A stretch of 64,000 nucleotides of DNA, taken from positions 85,312,001-85,376,000 of the forward strand of contig OZ024741.1 in the NCBI GenBank assembly GCA_964016885.1, given 5' to 3'. This DNA comes from Eledone cirrhosa (Eukaryota). The translations under genes and the position numbers were made by a program. The notes below the pieces were generated by a model that saw nothing but the letters and a program-made list of their open reading frames with translations, ran no database searches and had not been told where the DNA came from. Below are positions 14,601-26,321 of this stretch, in pieces; the stretch's first letter is position 1; every line of letters starts with the position of its first letter.

Positions 14601-14651
14601 CGTGCCGGAAGATTTGTTTCTGGTGTGAATGTCGCTCGATTTATACAGAGA

Positions 14652-15744
14652 CTAACATTAAAGCCCGGCGTTGCTCGGGGTCATTAAGTTACCAAAGTTA
14701 GGTTGCACCACCCATTCTATGGCAGCACTTTTTTGTCTGCCAGGCACTGGGTGAATGAACTGCTGACCTGGAAGCAGGAGATGCGCCAGCAGTGACAATT
14801 GTAGTTTCGCCTATGGATATTATCTCTGTGCAAAAAAGTGTTGAAATTTATTGTTTCACAGTACTTGCGCAACACGCGTGTAGACGATGCCAGCCGAACA
14901 ACAGAGCTGCGATGGAGTTGTTCTGCATGGTTGTCTGTGTGTTTTCTAAATTTAAGACAGTAGGGAGGGTTGTGATATGAGGGAGAGTTAGCTGTTGTTT
15001 CTAGCAGGTTTAGTGACCTCATAGAAGATATATTTTCTAAATTTAAGACAGTAGGGAGGGGTGTGTTATGGGGGAGAGTTAGCTGCTGTTTCTAGCAGGT
15101 TTAGTAACCTCATAGAGGATATGTGTTTTCTAAATTTAAGACAGTAGGGAGTAGTGTGGTATGGGGGAGAGTTAGCTGCTGTTTCTAGCAGGTTTAGTGA
15201 CCTCATAGAAGATATGTTTTCTAAATTTAAGACAGTAGGGAGGGGTGTGATATGGGGGAGAGTTAGCTGCTGTTTCTAGCAGGTTTAGTAACCTCATAGA
15301 GGATATGTGTTTTCTAAATTTAAGACAGTAGGGAGTGGTGTGGGGAGGGGTGTGATATGGGGGAGAGTTAGCTGCTGTTTCTAGCAGGTTTAGTAACCTC
15401 ATAGAGGATATGTGTTTTCTAAATTTAAGACAGTAGGGAGTGGTGTGAACGGACAGTATCACCATCAAGCTTGGAAAGAAAAAGTAGCAGAAAGTATGAA
15501 GTTGTAGAGATTTTGAATGGTAGTAGAAAGAATTCAGCAGTTTAAATGAGAGAGAAAAATCGTAAAATATTGAGTTTTATCTATTTTTTGCGTAATTGTG
15601 GGTGAAAATGAAAAAATTATCTGCGTCAAGACGCAATCGAAACTATTTCGAATACTGAATTGTAAATTTCAATTGAAGAAATTCTATATCGTAGATTTCT
15701 ATAACGAAGGAGCATGACCACCCACTTAGCTTTATAGATTATGA
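14652..15744 (-). mobile_element. Non-autonomous Helitron inserted in Tx1 ORF1
   Basis: On the minus strand it begins TC(ATAATCTATAAAG) and ends with hairpin CCCG-AGCAACGC-CGGG followed by ..TTAG. It sits between host A and T with no TSD, and removing it restores the ORF1 frame. Confidence 0.85.
14941..15445. repeat. ~92-bp minisatellite, ~5.5 units, inside the Helitron
   Basis: The unit ttttctaaatttaagacagtaggga...ctcatagaggatatgtg recurs at ~14942, 15033, 15126, 15217, 15309 and 15415. Confidence 0.95.
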
Positions 15745-18700
15745 TACGAGACAGGTTTCCTCGGGACGTGGGAACCCCGAACGTAAAACCAACTTCAAGA
15801 CTTTTAAAGGGGTTCCCAAAAGAAACCCCACCAACTATGGAGGTCGAACCACCCGACCTTCACAAGAGGCCGGAAGGTAAGTAAACCTTTCCTCTCTCTC
15901 TTTTTAACCTGCCAACATGACCGTATTAAGAGTAGGAAGTTTAAATGTTCGAGACCTGGGATCGTCCTGGAAGCAGGGTCACCTGCTCAACGACCTCAGG
16001 TCTCTAGAAATGGATGTAATTGCCGTCAGCGAGACCAGGATTTCTGACACGCGCGCACTAGCCCCCATTTTCGACGACTATCAGATCTTTGCATCTGTTA
16101 GCCGGCCGGGAATGGGAGGCGGGTGGCAGTGCTGTTTAGGAAAGGCGTGGATCTCGAGGTAAGGTCGATCTTCCGGGACCCGGACGCGAAGCTGGTGGTC
16201 CTGGACGTGAACAATAACGAAGGTGGTGCCTTTATACTGGTGGCCGTCTATGCCCCTACTTGGGCAGGACGGCCGGACTTCTTTAGACGCCTGGAAGCCT
16301 TTCTGGGTACGTCTCACCCTTTACTGTTACGGGGGAGTGGAACGGCATCTTAGACGCACGCTGGGACTGTGTGGGAGCATCCGATAGGAGCGGAGGGTGC
16401 AAAAGCCTCAAGAACCTGATCAGCCAGTTCCAACTGTCTGACAGGTACCGACTAGATTTCCCTTATGGGCCAGTGTGGACCTGGACTAACTGCATAGTGT
16501 CATCTAGATCTTATATAGACAGGATATTCATTAGGAAAATAGACAGAAATAGTGTAAGCTGTCCACGTTTTAAAACGGTCGCCTATTCAGATCACAAGTT
16601 TGTGATCTGTATGGTCGACCTAGATAAGACGCGTAGGTTAGGACCTGGTTACTGAAAGCTAAACATGTCATTTCCGGCACGTAAGGCTTACAGAGACCAG
16701 GTCAACAATTTAGTTAGGAAAAAGTTGACAGGGAGGATAGTCAACAATAGATGGTGGGGGGGCTCTCAAAAGAGAGATTAGAGTAATGTCGATTGAGTTT
16801 AGCAAAGAAGTAGCGTTAGAGAAAAATAGAAAGGAGGGGGAGTTGGTAGATAAGTTAGACGAGGCTATTGGTAGTGGCATTGCAACTGACGTGCTAACGG
16901 CGAGAATGGCATTAGACCATTTCTTCAATGCGAAACACGAAGGTTGCATTGTCAGAGCTAAGGCGCGTGCTCTGAGAAACGAGGGAACCAAAGCTGTTCG
17001 ATAGGCCCGCGTGGCAGAGGCGCAGCGTGGTAATAAAACCACGATTCGGTCTTTGACGGACCGAGACGGAGACGAGCTGAGCGATTCCAAGCGGATGTGT
17101 GAGGCCTTTCGCCAACATTTTGCTCGGTTGTTCGGGGGAAGTGGCGGGTCAGAGACGGTGGCGGACTTCAGTCCCTACCTCGATGGCTTGCCGCAACTCT
17201 CGACGGCTGACGCTGGGCGCTGCGAAAGGCCAATTACTTCAGCCGAGATTCAGGATGCCCTTGTCGGCTGCATGAGGCGCAAGTCACCCGGTTTGGATGG
17301 TCTGCCTTACGAGCTTTACGTAAATATGCCAGACTTGTTCTCCAATCTCCTCGAAGCCCTCTACTGCAACTGGCAGCAAAACGGGAGTATTCCCAGTTCT
17401 GTGAGCCGGGGCGTAGTGACGCTTATAAGGAAAGACGAGAACAAGAGGGACACATTAGACAATTTCAGGCCCATAACTCTGCTCAACACAGAGTTGAAGA
17501 TTTTGGCCAGGGTGTTAGCGAAGAGGTTGGCGCTTGTCGTCGGGGATTTGGTTGGGGAGGCGCAAGCTTGCGCAATCCCAACCAGGTCGATACACGACAA
17601 CCTCCACCTAATGCGATACATCATAGAGAGGGTAGGGTGTAAACCTGGCTTCGGTGGGGCTCTGATCAATTTAGATCAATCGAAAGCATTCGATAGGGTC
17701 GACCATCGGTACCTGGAGGCTGTCCTCAAGGCGGCTGGCTTCGGAAGCTGGATATCTGCAATGCACAGTGGCACCTTCTCGGTGGTCAAAATTAATGGCC
17801 ACCTCTCGGAACCGTTTCAGGTCTCCCGATCGATCCGTCAAGGGTGCCCTCTCTCCTCCCTTCTGTACGTATTGACTCTCGAGCCTTTACTGCGGAAGCT
17901 GGAGCTGTTCCGGGCATCCCGCTCGAACTGGGGCGCAGAAAGGCTGTGTCGGCTTATGCGGACGACATCATCGTGATGGTGTCGGAAACCTCAGAAATCG
18001 AGGTGGTCGGCAACTTATTGGAGGAATATGAACGGTTGACGGGAGCAAAATCTTAACCCGGAAAAGTCGGTGGGCTTGCAACTCGGCACGTGGAGAGGCA
18101 AGTCCATGCCCTCCAACAGCGTCGTTAAGCGCTGGACGGTCGGACCGGTAAAGTTGCTCGGGTTTTGGTTCGGGCCAGACCTCCAGGTAGATAAGAATTG
18201 GGACGAGGTGACGAGCAGGGTAGCCAGTCTCACCCAGAAATGGGCTGGGAGGAAGCTATCACTGAAAGGTCGGGTGGAGGTGGCGAACGCATACATCGCG
18301 TCCGTCATCTACTACCGTCTGACCGTCGTCCCTTGCCCCCGTTCGCGCCTCGCCATCTTGAAGCGGCTCCTCTTCAAATTCTTGTGGAGGTGTCAGGTTC
18401 CGCTGGTGAGGCTGTCCATCTGCTGCCAGCACCCTCTATGTGGAGGGCTGGGCATGCCGTGGATAATGATGCGCAGACACGCGCTGAGGCTGCGGCATCT
18501 CCAGATATTCTGCCTAAACGGTGAACAGGTGTGGTCGGCGTTTGTCAGACGGGCCTTTCCGCAGCTCGTTTCTTTGACTGAGCTGCAGTCCTGGATCAAG
18601 AAGAGACCGAGACTGGGTGACTGGCATCTGGAATGTTGCCAGGCACTCACTGCCCTCTACCAGGCGGGCAATGCGGTCAGTGGAACTCCCACTCTCGAGT

Positions 18701-19536
18701 TCTATAGAGGATTAGTGGTGGACAAGTGCGACGACGCAGTCGGGGAGGCTCTGGGAGTCGACGAAGTCGAACTAGCCAGTCTGTTCCGGAGGACTTTCGA
18801 GCCGGGGCCAATGGATAATTTCCAAAAATCCCTCGCTTGGCAGTGCTATCGGGGGGGGGGGGGCACTGCCGGTTCGAGATAAACTCTACAGGCACGGAAG
18901 TGCTGTCAGACGGACCTGCCCGAGATGTGCGCAGAGCGACGAAACCGTTCTGCACGGATCCGGCTATCGACCGAGTCCATCGTGAAGATCTACCCGCCGC
19001 CTTCTTTTGGCCAGGAAGAGCAGGCAATTTTTCTCTGTCTGGTGGCAGTAGCGAAAGAGGTTGTATGGTGGACGAGGTTGAAAGGACTGAAGGCAGACAC
19101 TTTTCTCTTCGGCCAATCCCTCATCAAATTTTTAAAGTTTCACTTGGTAAGGAAGGTGAGGGTGGAGAGAGAGAAGTGCTTCCCCCCCAGTACATTTGCT
19201 GAAAGGTGGGTGAATGTGGCGAGAATTGCCAGTGTGAGTGGGCCTACTCTGGTCATGCGGCTGTAGGTGGGTATATTTGAGGAGGAGAGGGGTGCCATCC
19301 AGGGTGCTCTCGAAGCGTCGGGTCGTTCAGGATTGGTGGGGTACCTGAGCGAACCCTGGGTGGTCATCCCCCCCTATTGGGGAATTTTTCTTGCTGTATT
19401 TTTATTGTTACTTTGTTATTGTTATTCATATTGTTTACTCGATTTTTCTGTAAAACCCCACTGTCCCACTCTTTTGTATTGTCCCTATATGTCGGCCCTT
19501 GTGGCCAATAAATGAAATCATTATTATTATCATCAT

Positions 19537-20980
19537 AGGCGGTGGATTGGCAGTATCGGTAGAGGGTCGGACGCCATGCTTTCCAGCATAGTTACGTCCC
19601 TTTACGATCAGAGTTCAAATCCCGCCGTGGTTGACTTTGCCTTTCATCCTTACGGGGTCGATAAAATAAAGTACCAGTAATGCACTGGGTAATTGCTGGC
19701 CTTGTGCCTAAAGTAGAAACAATTATTAATTTATTTGTTTTGTTTTTGCTTTGTTTTAGTCTTACTGTATTTTTTTTCTTACCATATTGTTAAAAAGGAT
19801 AGAGGGTGGAAGAATTGTTAGAGCTTCGGAAAAAAATACATTTGGAGTATTTATTTTGGTTCATAACGTTCTGAATTCAAATCCTGCCGAGGTAAGCTTT
19901 GCTTTTCATCCTTCTTAGGTTGCTAAAATAAAGTAGCAGTAAAGTACTGGTTTGATATAATCGACTTTCCTTTTTCCAAATTGTTGGCTTTGTACCTGAA
20001 TTTTAAAAAAAACATTATTTATTTACACCAATTTTGTCATTATTTCTTTATTGATTAAAATAGTCTTTATTCCCACCATTAACTTATATTGTAAGACGAT
20101 AAATCTATTTTATTTCCTACCAACAAACTGACCAATAATACCATATGATCGCTATTGATAAATCATAACATTATCATTTCCTACGCTTAACAACAACAAC
20201 AATGGTTCCTAATTTTGGCACAAAGCTGGCAATGTTAGGTGGAAGGGAAAGTCGATTGTATCGATCCAAGTACTTGAATGGTACTTTATGTTATCGACCC
20301 CGGGTGAAGCAAATTCAAAGTTGAATTCATTGGAATGTGAACGCAGAACGTTAAGAGTCTTTAACAAAATACTACAAAGCGTTTTGTTCGACACTATAAG
20401 GATTCTGCCAATACTCTGCCCTAACAGTAACAATAATAATGGTTTCTAAATAAGGCACAAGACCAGCAATTTTAGGTGGAAGGGATAGTCGATTGTATCG
20501 ACCGCTGTACTTGACTTCAATTTTTTTTTTATCGACCAGGAGGATAAAAGACAGTTTAATTCGGCACGATTTGAACTCAGAATGTAACTAATTATCGCAA
20601 ATCATGTTTTTCGATGCTCTAACGACTAATAATTCTTTCTACTTTTGACACAAGGCTAGCAGTTTGAAGGGAAGGGGCTGTGGATTAAATCTACCCCAGT
20701 GCGTTACTGGTATTTCATATTATTGACCCCGTAAGAATGAAAGCTAACCTCAGCAAGACTTTGATTCAGAATGTAACTAAATACCTCAAATCCTTTTTCC
20801 AGACGCTCTAACGACTAATAACTGTTTCTACTTTACTTTTGGCCCAAGGTCAACAATTTCTAGGGAGGGAAAAGACAATTACATCAACTCCAGTACGTGA
20901 CTGGTCATTTATTTTATCGACCCTGGAAGAATCAAAGGCAAAGTTGACTTCTGCTGGATTTGGACATAGAACCTAGAAAG
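19537..20980. mobile_element. Cluster of ~6 tRNA-derived SINEs (two on +, about four on -)
   Basis: The B-box gagttcaaatccc and core gactttgcctttcatcct..ggggtcgataaaataaagtaccag occur at 19537-19722 and ~19800-20005. Reverse copies lie at ~20200-20415, 20440-20630, 20630-20820 and 20830-20980. Confidence 0.85.
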
Positions 20981-21236
20981 TCTTATAATAATAAACTCCT
21001 CTCTATCTATATCTATCTATATCTTTCTTCCTCCTCCTTTCTCTATTTATATTTAACTTTCTATATCTCTATAGCTGTCTATCTCTATCTCTTTATCTAT
21101 CTATATCTATCTATCTCCTTTCGCTCTCCATCTTTTTGTCTATATATAAATATGCAAAAAGTAAACGGAAAACAACACAGCAAACAATGTAAGGAAGATA
21201 TATAGTATTTTAACGCCTGATTTAGAAGGGAAAGAG

Positions 21237-21272
21237 TCTTAACGTTTCGGGCGCTAATCCTTCATCAGAAGA
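21237..21272 (-). ncRNA. Minimal type I hammerhead ribozyme motif (PLE pseudo-LTR relic)
   Basis: The minus strand reads UCUU-CUGAUGA-AGGAUUAGCGCCC-GAAA-CG-UU-AAGA. Helix I is UCUU/AAGA, helix III is palindromic, helix II is weak. A related copy at 59348-59383 has core CUGGCGA. Confidence 0.65.
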
Positions 21273-21689
21273 TAGAATATGAAATAAAAGATGAAATAGA
21301 AAGTTGAACGAGAGTGAGAAGAGGAAGAAACGGAAACAAAATAATTTGGAGAAAAAGCACGTCTTTTTATCCATCTATGTCTTTATTTATATATATCTAT
21401 GCCCCCACCTTTTCTCTTGCTTTTTCTCCAGCTCTCTATCTATATATATATATCGACATTCCGATATTCCGAGAAATATATTATTGGCATCGACGTACAT
21501 CATTATATATCAGACAACAGTTAAACACCATATTGATCTGGGCAATGGCATTTCTTAATTATTCCACCAAAGGTCTATAAAGTACCAATTAATGGTGAAA
21601 TAAAAGCTATAATCGGTTGTCAATAAACAAGAAATTAATGCATTCTCCGAAATATTCCCTCGGGGGACCGTTTCTACTGCTCTTATTGC

Positions 21690-21830
21690 TATTGATGTTG
21701 CTGTTACTACTGATGGGGCTTCTGCTGCTGCTGCTGCTAATACTACTACTGCTACTACTACTGCTGCTACTGCTGCTACTGTTGCTACTAATGCTACTGC
21801 TAATGCTGTTGCTATTGCTGCTGCTACTCC
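21690..21830. repeat. (CTG/CTA)n trinucleotide low-complexity tract
   Basis: Read directly from the sequence. Confidence 0.9.
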
Positions 21831-22365
21831 TCTTTAGCATCCACTCTTTCCTCTTTATTTTCATTTCAAGTGCGTGTGTCAGTGCTCCGTTCTTTGATAC
21901 GAGATTATTTCATATATATATTTATATATATATATATAAATATAAATTCAGCGAGAATCGTATTTCAGCTGGTAGAAAAAGCGAAACGAAACGCAAAATC
22001 GTAGAAATTCTGGCAAGCGCTCCAATAGTTAAGAAAACTAGAGCCAAACAATATGTTAAAACGCCATACAAACTGAAAAGTGGTCAAGAAGGCATTAACC
22101 ACCTAAGCCAAAAAACAAATCAAGCTAAACAGGTCAAACAAAATATATGATAAAAACAGACATGGACCCAAGTGGAATTGATGGTAAAATCCAAAAGCAG
22201 GGTTTCTATGACACCTAAATCAATAATACTGTCTGCTTAAAACTATAAACTTTCAGCATAAAGATCGAACAAGGAATATCACGTTATCAACAGGTATTTT
22301 GCTCTGTAACCAACTTTGTGAGTGACGCAGAACTTTGTAAAAGCACACATATATATATATATATA

Positions 22366-23250
22366 CTAGATGTGTCAGAAAAGTTCCAGGACTGATGTCA
22401 CAAAAGATTTATTTCAAACCCAAACTTCACACTAAGAGTTTTCTCCTTCAAAGTAATCCCCCTGGAGTCTAATGCACTTTTCCATCCTTTTCTGCCACGC
22501 TTGTATGCACTCCTGGAAGGATTCTTCCGGGATCCTCCGTAGTTCCGTCGTCACGGCCTTTTTGATGTCGTCCACGTCTTCAAAACGAGTCCCCTCCGGG
22601 TCGTACTCGAAGATCCATGACTCATCACCGGTGATGACTGTCCCTAGCAAGTCTGGTTCGGTTTCAAGACGCTCGATGATGTCCTGGCACACTTGCATGC
22701 GTCGACCTTCTGGTCATCGTTCAGCAGTTTTGGCTCCATCTTCGCGGAGACTTTCCGCATGTCCAAATCTTCAGTGAGAATCTTCCAGACGCTGTCCCGA
22801 TTCATGCCCAGCTCATTTGCCATCAGTCGAACAGTCAGCCGACGATCGCTACGCACCATCTGCATCACGCGCTCAACGTTGACTTCACTCCTGGTTGTTG
22901 AGGGCCTTCCGTTCCTGGGGTCGTCTTGCACCACTCAAAAACACGTGAGCGTGACATTGTCTCATCTCCATACACTTGCTGCAGCAATCCCAGTGCTTCT
23001 GGCGGAGTTTTCCCCAACCGTACCAGAAACTTCAAGTTTGTTCGTTGCTTTGTGCTCATTGCTTGACGACCTGAAACAGAGGACATGTATATAAAATTAT
23101 GAAGAAAAAAGTTTGATCGCTGCAGAGAGCTAAGATTACAGTTACATACTCCAGAGGGATTACTTTGAAGGAGAAAACTCTTAGTGTGAAGTTTGGCTTT
23201 GAAATAAATCTTTTGTGACATCAGTCGTGGAACTTTTCTGACACACCTCG
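22366..23250 (-). mobile_element. Internally deleted mariner (Tc1/mariner) transposon with TA TSD and ~100-bp TIRs
   Basis: Transposase pieces (QRTNLKFLVRLGKT, DDPRNGRPST, VITGDESWIFEYDPE joined directly to GTRFEDVDDIK..GDYFEG). TIRs at 22366-22468 and 23148-23250, with TA at both ends. Confidence 0.93.
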
Positions 23251-23253
23251 TAT

Positions 23254-23331
<78 letters not shown>

Positions 23332-23336
<5 letters not shown>

Positions 23337-23892
23337 AAAAAGTATGACCCCGACGGCAGAGCTCAAGCCGTTTTGACGGCTATTTCTGGACTAAATTAGA
23401 ATTTTTAGCCTGGTGAATAAATAGCCGAACTTGTCAAGGGGGTACTTCCTTATATGGCAAGATTGTAGTTGTCAAGAGGATTGGTTAAAATTTGTTGTAA
23501 ACACAAATAAGTCTATCATGGCATTTGGTGGGAGGTAGGGGTGGCTGAACTTGCCTATAGAACCGCTCCACTCACTCCCCTATTGTTCTACAGGCAAGTT
23601 CAGCCACCCCTACCTCCCACCAAATGCCATGATAGACCTATTTGTGTTTACAACAAATTTTAACCAATCCTCTTGACAACTACAATCTTGCCATATAAGG
23701 AAGTACCCCCTTGACAAGTTCGGCTATTTATTCACCAGGCTAAAAATTCTAATTTAGTCCAGAAATAGCCGTTTAAACGGCTTGAGCTCTGCCGTCGGGA
23801 TCATACTTTTTCCTATTTCCCACTCTACTACCCTAAGTATTGAGTACTCTGGTGCGTTATGGTCCATCTGGTTCCTTACCACAATTCCTTTG

Positions 23893-23894
<2 letters not shown>
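23332..23894 (+). mobile_element. Fold-back element (232-bp inverted arms, 21-bp spacer, ~78-bp tail) in (TA)n; probable non-autonomous PLE derivative
   Basis: 23332-23563 is the near-perfect reverse complement of 23585-23816. The tail is shared with 34190-34275. Confidence 0.8.
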
Positions 23895-23959
<65 letters not shown>

Positions 23960-24585
23960 AAAGGAAATAATCTCGGAGTATTGAGTTGACCAGATAAAAT
24001 ACCCCTATTGACGGAAAACGTTGTCTAGCAGCCGCTGGACAGTGGTCACCTTTCTCCGTATATAGGGGTATTTTACCCGATTATCTAATTTACTTTTATA
24101 ACAATGAACTTTGGATACAGATATTTTCTGCATTTGAAATTTCTACATCTCTTTATGCCTGTGTATAATCCTAAACGGACGGTAGTCCGTTTAGTAATAT
24201 TATTGTGGTCGTGTTTTCGTTGGTAATCGTCTGTTTACGACAGTACAGCGCGGCTCTACTTTATTTAACTGAGATAAAACTTATATGAGCATGAACAGTA
24301 GATCATTACACATCTTTTGGCTTAAAAATCTAGAAATTTGGTCCAGCGGGAAAAAGTTTATAATCAAAGTTTGCTGATAAATATTGTGTTCAAGTGAGTG
24401 AGTAGTAAGCGTGACGCTAGGGGAGGTAATCCAGAAATGACGTAGCTTTGTCATTAAGCCAGTTGCCTCAACTAGATTGCAATTATACTCAAAAGAACTT
24501 TAAAATGTCAATCACTTGTCAGTAATTCACTATGATCATTTAATTATTAGATAGTTGTTGCTTGCATTGCCTTAAAAAATAGTAG

Positions 24586-25687
24586 ACCAGATAGAAAAAT
24601 GCGTACAGCAAAAAAAAGTAATATTGTTGGAATATAAACCTTTAAAAATACAGGACAAGAAACTAAAATAAAACTTTAAAAGAATAGGACAAGAAACTAA
24701 GATAAAACTTTAAAAGAATAGGACAAGAAACTAAGATAAAACTTTAAAGAATTGGACAAGAAATAAAAAATTTTACAATAATATTAGTGGCAAAATTTTT
24801 TTATTCGTTTCCTGTGCTATGCCCCAGTATCTTCTTGATTAGTGAATAATAATTGTCATGCTCTCATTGTGCGTTGCCCCTGAGCGGTTGGTTCTGGTTG
24901 GGGTTGGTTGGCTGAGCAGTTCTGCTCCGTCAGAATGACCATTGCAAGAAGAATTGGCCGATGCAGCTGCAGGTCTCCTCCAAGAATGCACTTCTGGTCC
25001 TGCAACACCAGACGAAGATGGAAAAGACGACCGGGACAAGATGTCGACTCTTACCACCGACTACGGCACCTCCCTCAACCACCGGTCTTCCCTCCCTCTG
25101 TCCCGTCATCCCTCCAGTCCTCCTGCTCCCCCTTCCTGTACCAGAAAGCTGTGGCACGCATTCATCTGGACTGCCGGACTTGAACTCAAGGACAAGATGC
25201 AAGGAGAAGATGGACGGGTTGGTCAAGATCAAGGATGAGCGGGACGACAAGACCGTCCGCTGCTGCTCAAGATCTGTGCTCATGGGCCCATGGGTCCATT
25301 CACATTATGCATGACACATGAGGCATGTCGCCGAATGATGAAATAGGGGTATGGTTATGGCCCAATTGGTGTTCAAACCAGGATCAAATGATCCCCCCCC
25401 CCCCCGGTCTGACGACGACCTCTGAATGTGGAACCCAGAGCCTATGAATGTGGAACTCGATATTTTACCAATAAAAATTTTGCCACTAATATTATTGTAA
25501 ATTTTTTTATTTCTTGTCCAATTCTTTAAAGTTTTATCTTAGTTTCTTGTCCTATTCTTTCAAAGTTTTATCTTAGTTTCTTGTCCTATTCTTTTAAAGT
25601 TTTATTTTAGTTTCTTGTCCTGTATTTTTAAAGGTTTATATTCCAACAATATTACTTTTTTTTGCTGTACGCATTTTTCTATCTGGT
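24586..25687. mobile_element. ~1.1-kb element with ~215-bp inverted arms around a GC-richer core
   Basis: 24586-24803 is the reverse complement of ~25471-25687. The arms contain ~34-bp sub-repeats (aggacaagaaactaagataaaactttaaaagaat). Confidence 0.8.
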
Positions 25688-26321
25688 ATATCAAATGCCT
25701 ATAACTGATCATTGATACCTTAGTAAATTTAGTCAGAAGATTCGCCACTTAGCGGGATTCTTCTGAATCCATACCAAAATGTTAAGCTGGATAGCAAGAG
25801 AGTCGTTCAATATATACAGAATGAAAAGTAAACTGATTTCTTAGTAAATGTGAAAATGGCTGCAAGCCTATAAATGGCTTCTTAGGCCGAATCTAGAGAT
25901 TCCGTTCTTATTTTGTCATAGCAAGCAAACCGACCAATCAAATGTTAGCAAAAATTGTCATAGCTAAACTTATATGGGTTGTGGTGCAGAAATTAAAATA
26001 GCATCCTTAATAGAAGAATGTGAGTAAATAATAAGTGAAATATCGTTGTTCTTCCTGAACATCAATCTAACCTAGTGGAATTCACAGTTTAACTGTGGCA
26101 TTACCATATTTCTAATGGATGATAGTTCCAGTAATTTTAAAATCATTTTAAAATATTCTCTTTTTTTTTAAATTGGGAGGATTTAAAAACTTCATCATTA
26201 TTAAGCTGGTGTTTGGAGCATAACTTAACAAAGGTTCTTACGCAGAATTAAGGTGTAAAGTTTTAAATATATACAGTTTACAACAAACAGTTTATATATC
26301 ATGAGTTCTTCCGCCCTTTGT

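Larger units (their letters stand above)
12682..19516 (+). mobile_element. Full-length Tx1-like retrotransposon (second subfamily), degenerate, with candidate 14-bp TSD ATCATTATTATTAT
   Basis: ORF1 ~12852-15884 has an Asn-rich N-terminus and the CCHC motif CFVCGEKTHLRAFC at ~13895-13935. ORF2 starts at 15917 (MTVLRVGSLNVRDL..DVIAVSE, APE), with RT at 17011-18056 and C-terminus to 19266. AATAAA at 19507-19512. Direct repeats at 12668-12681 and 19517-19530. Confidence 0.93.

Noticed and set aside
14941-15445. Regularly spaced repeats as a possible CRISPR array
   Set aside because: The whole unit repeats with no unique spacers, there are no cas genes, and the context is eukaryotic.
19537-19630. 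tRNA genes at A/B-box sequences
   Set aside because: There is no cloverleaf, and each continues into a shared SINE core and tail.
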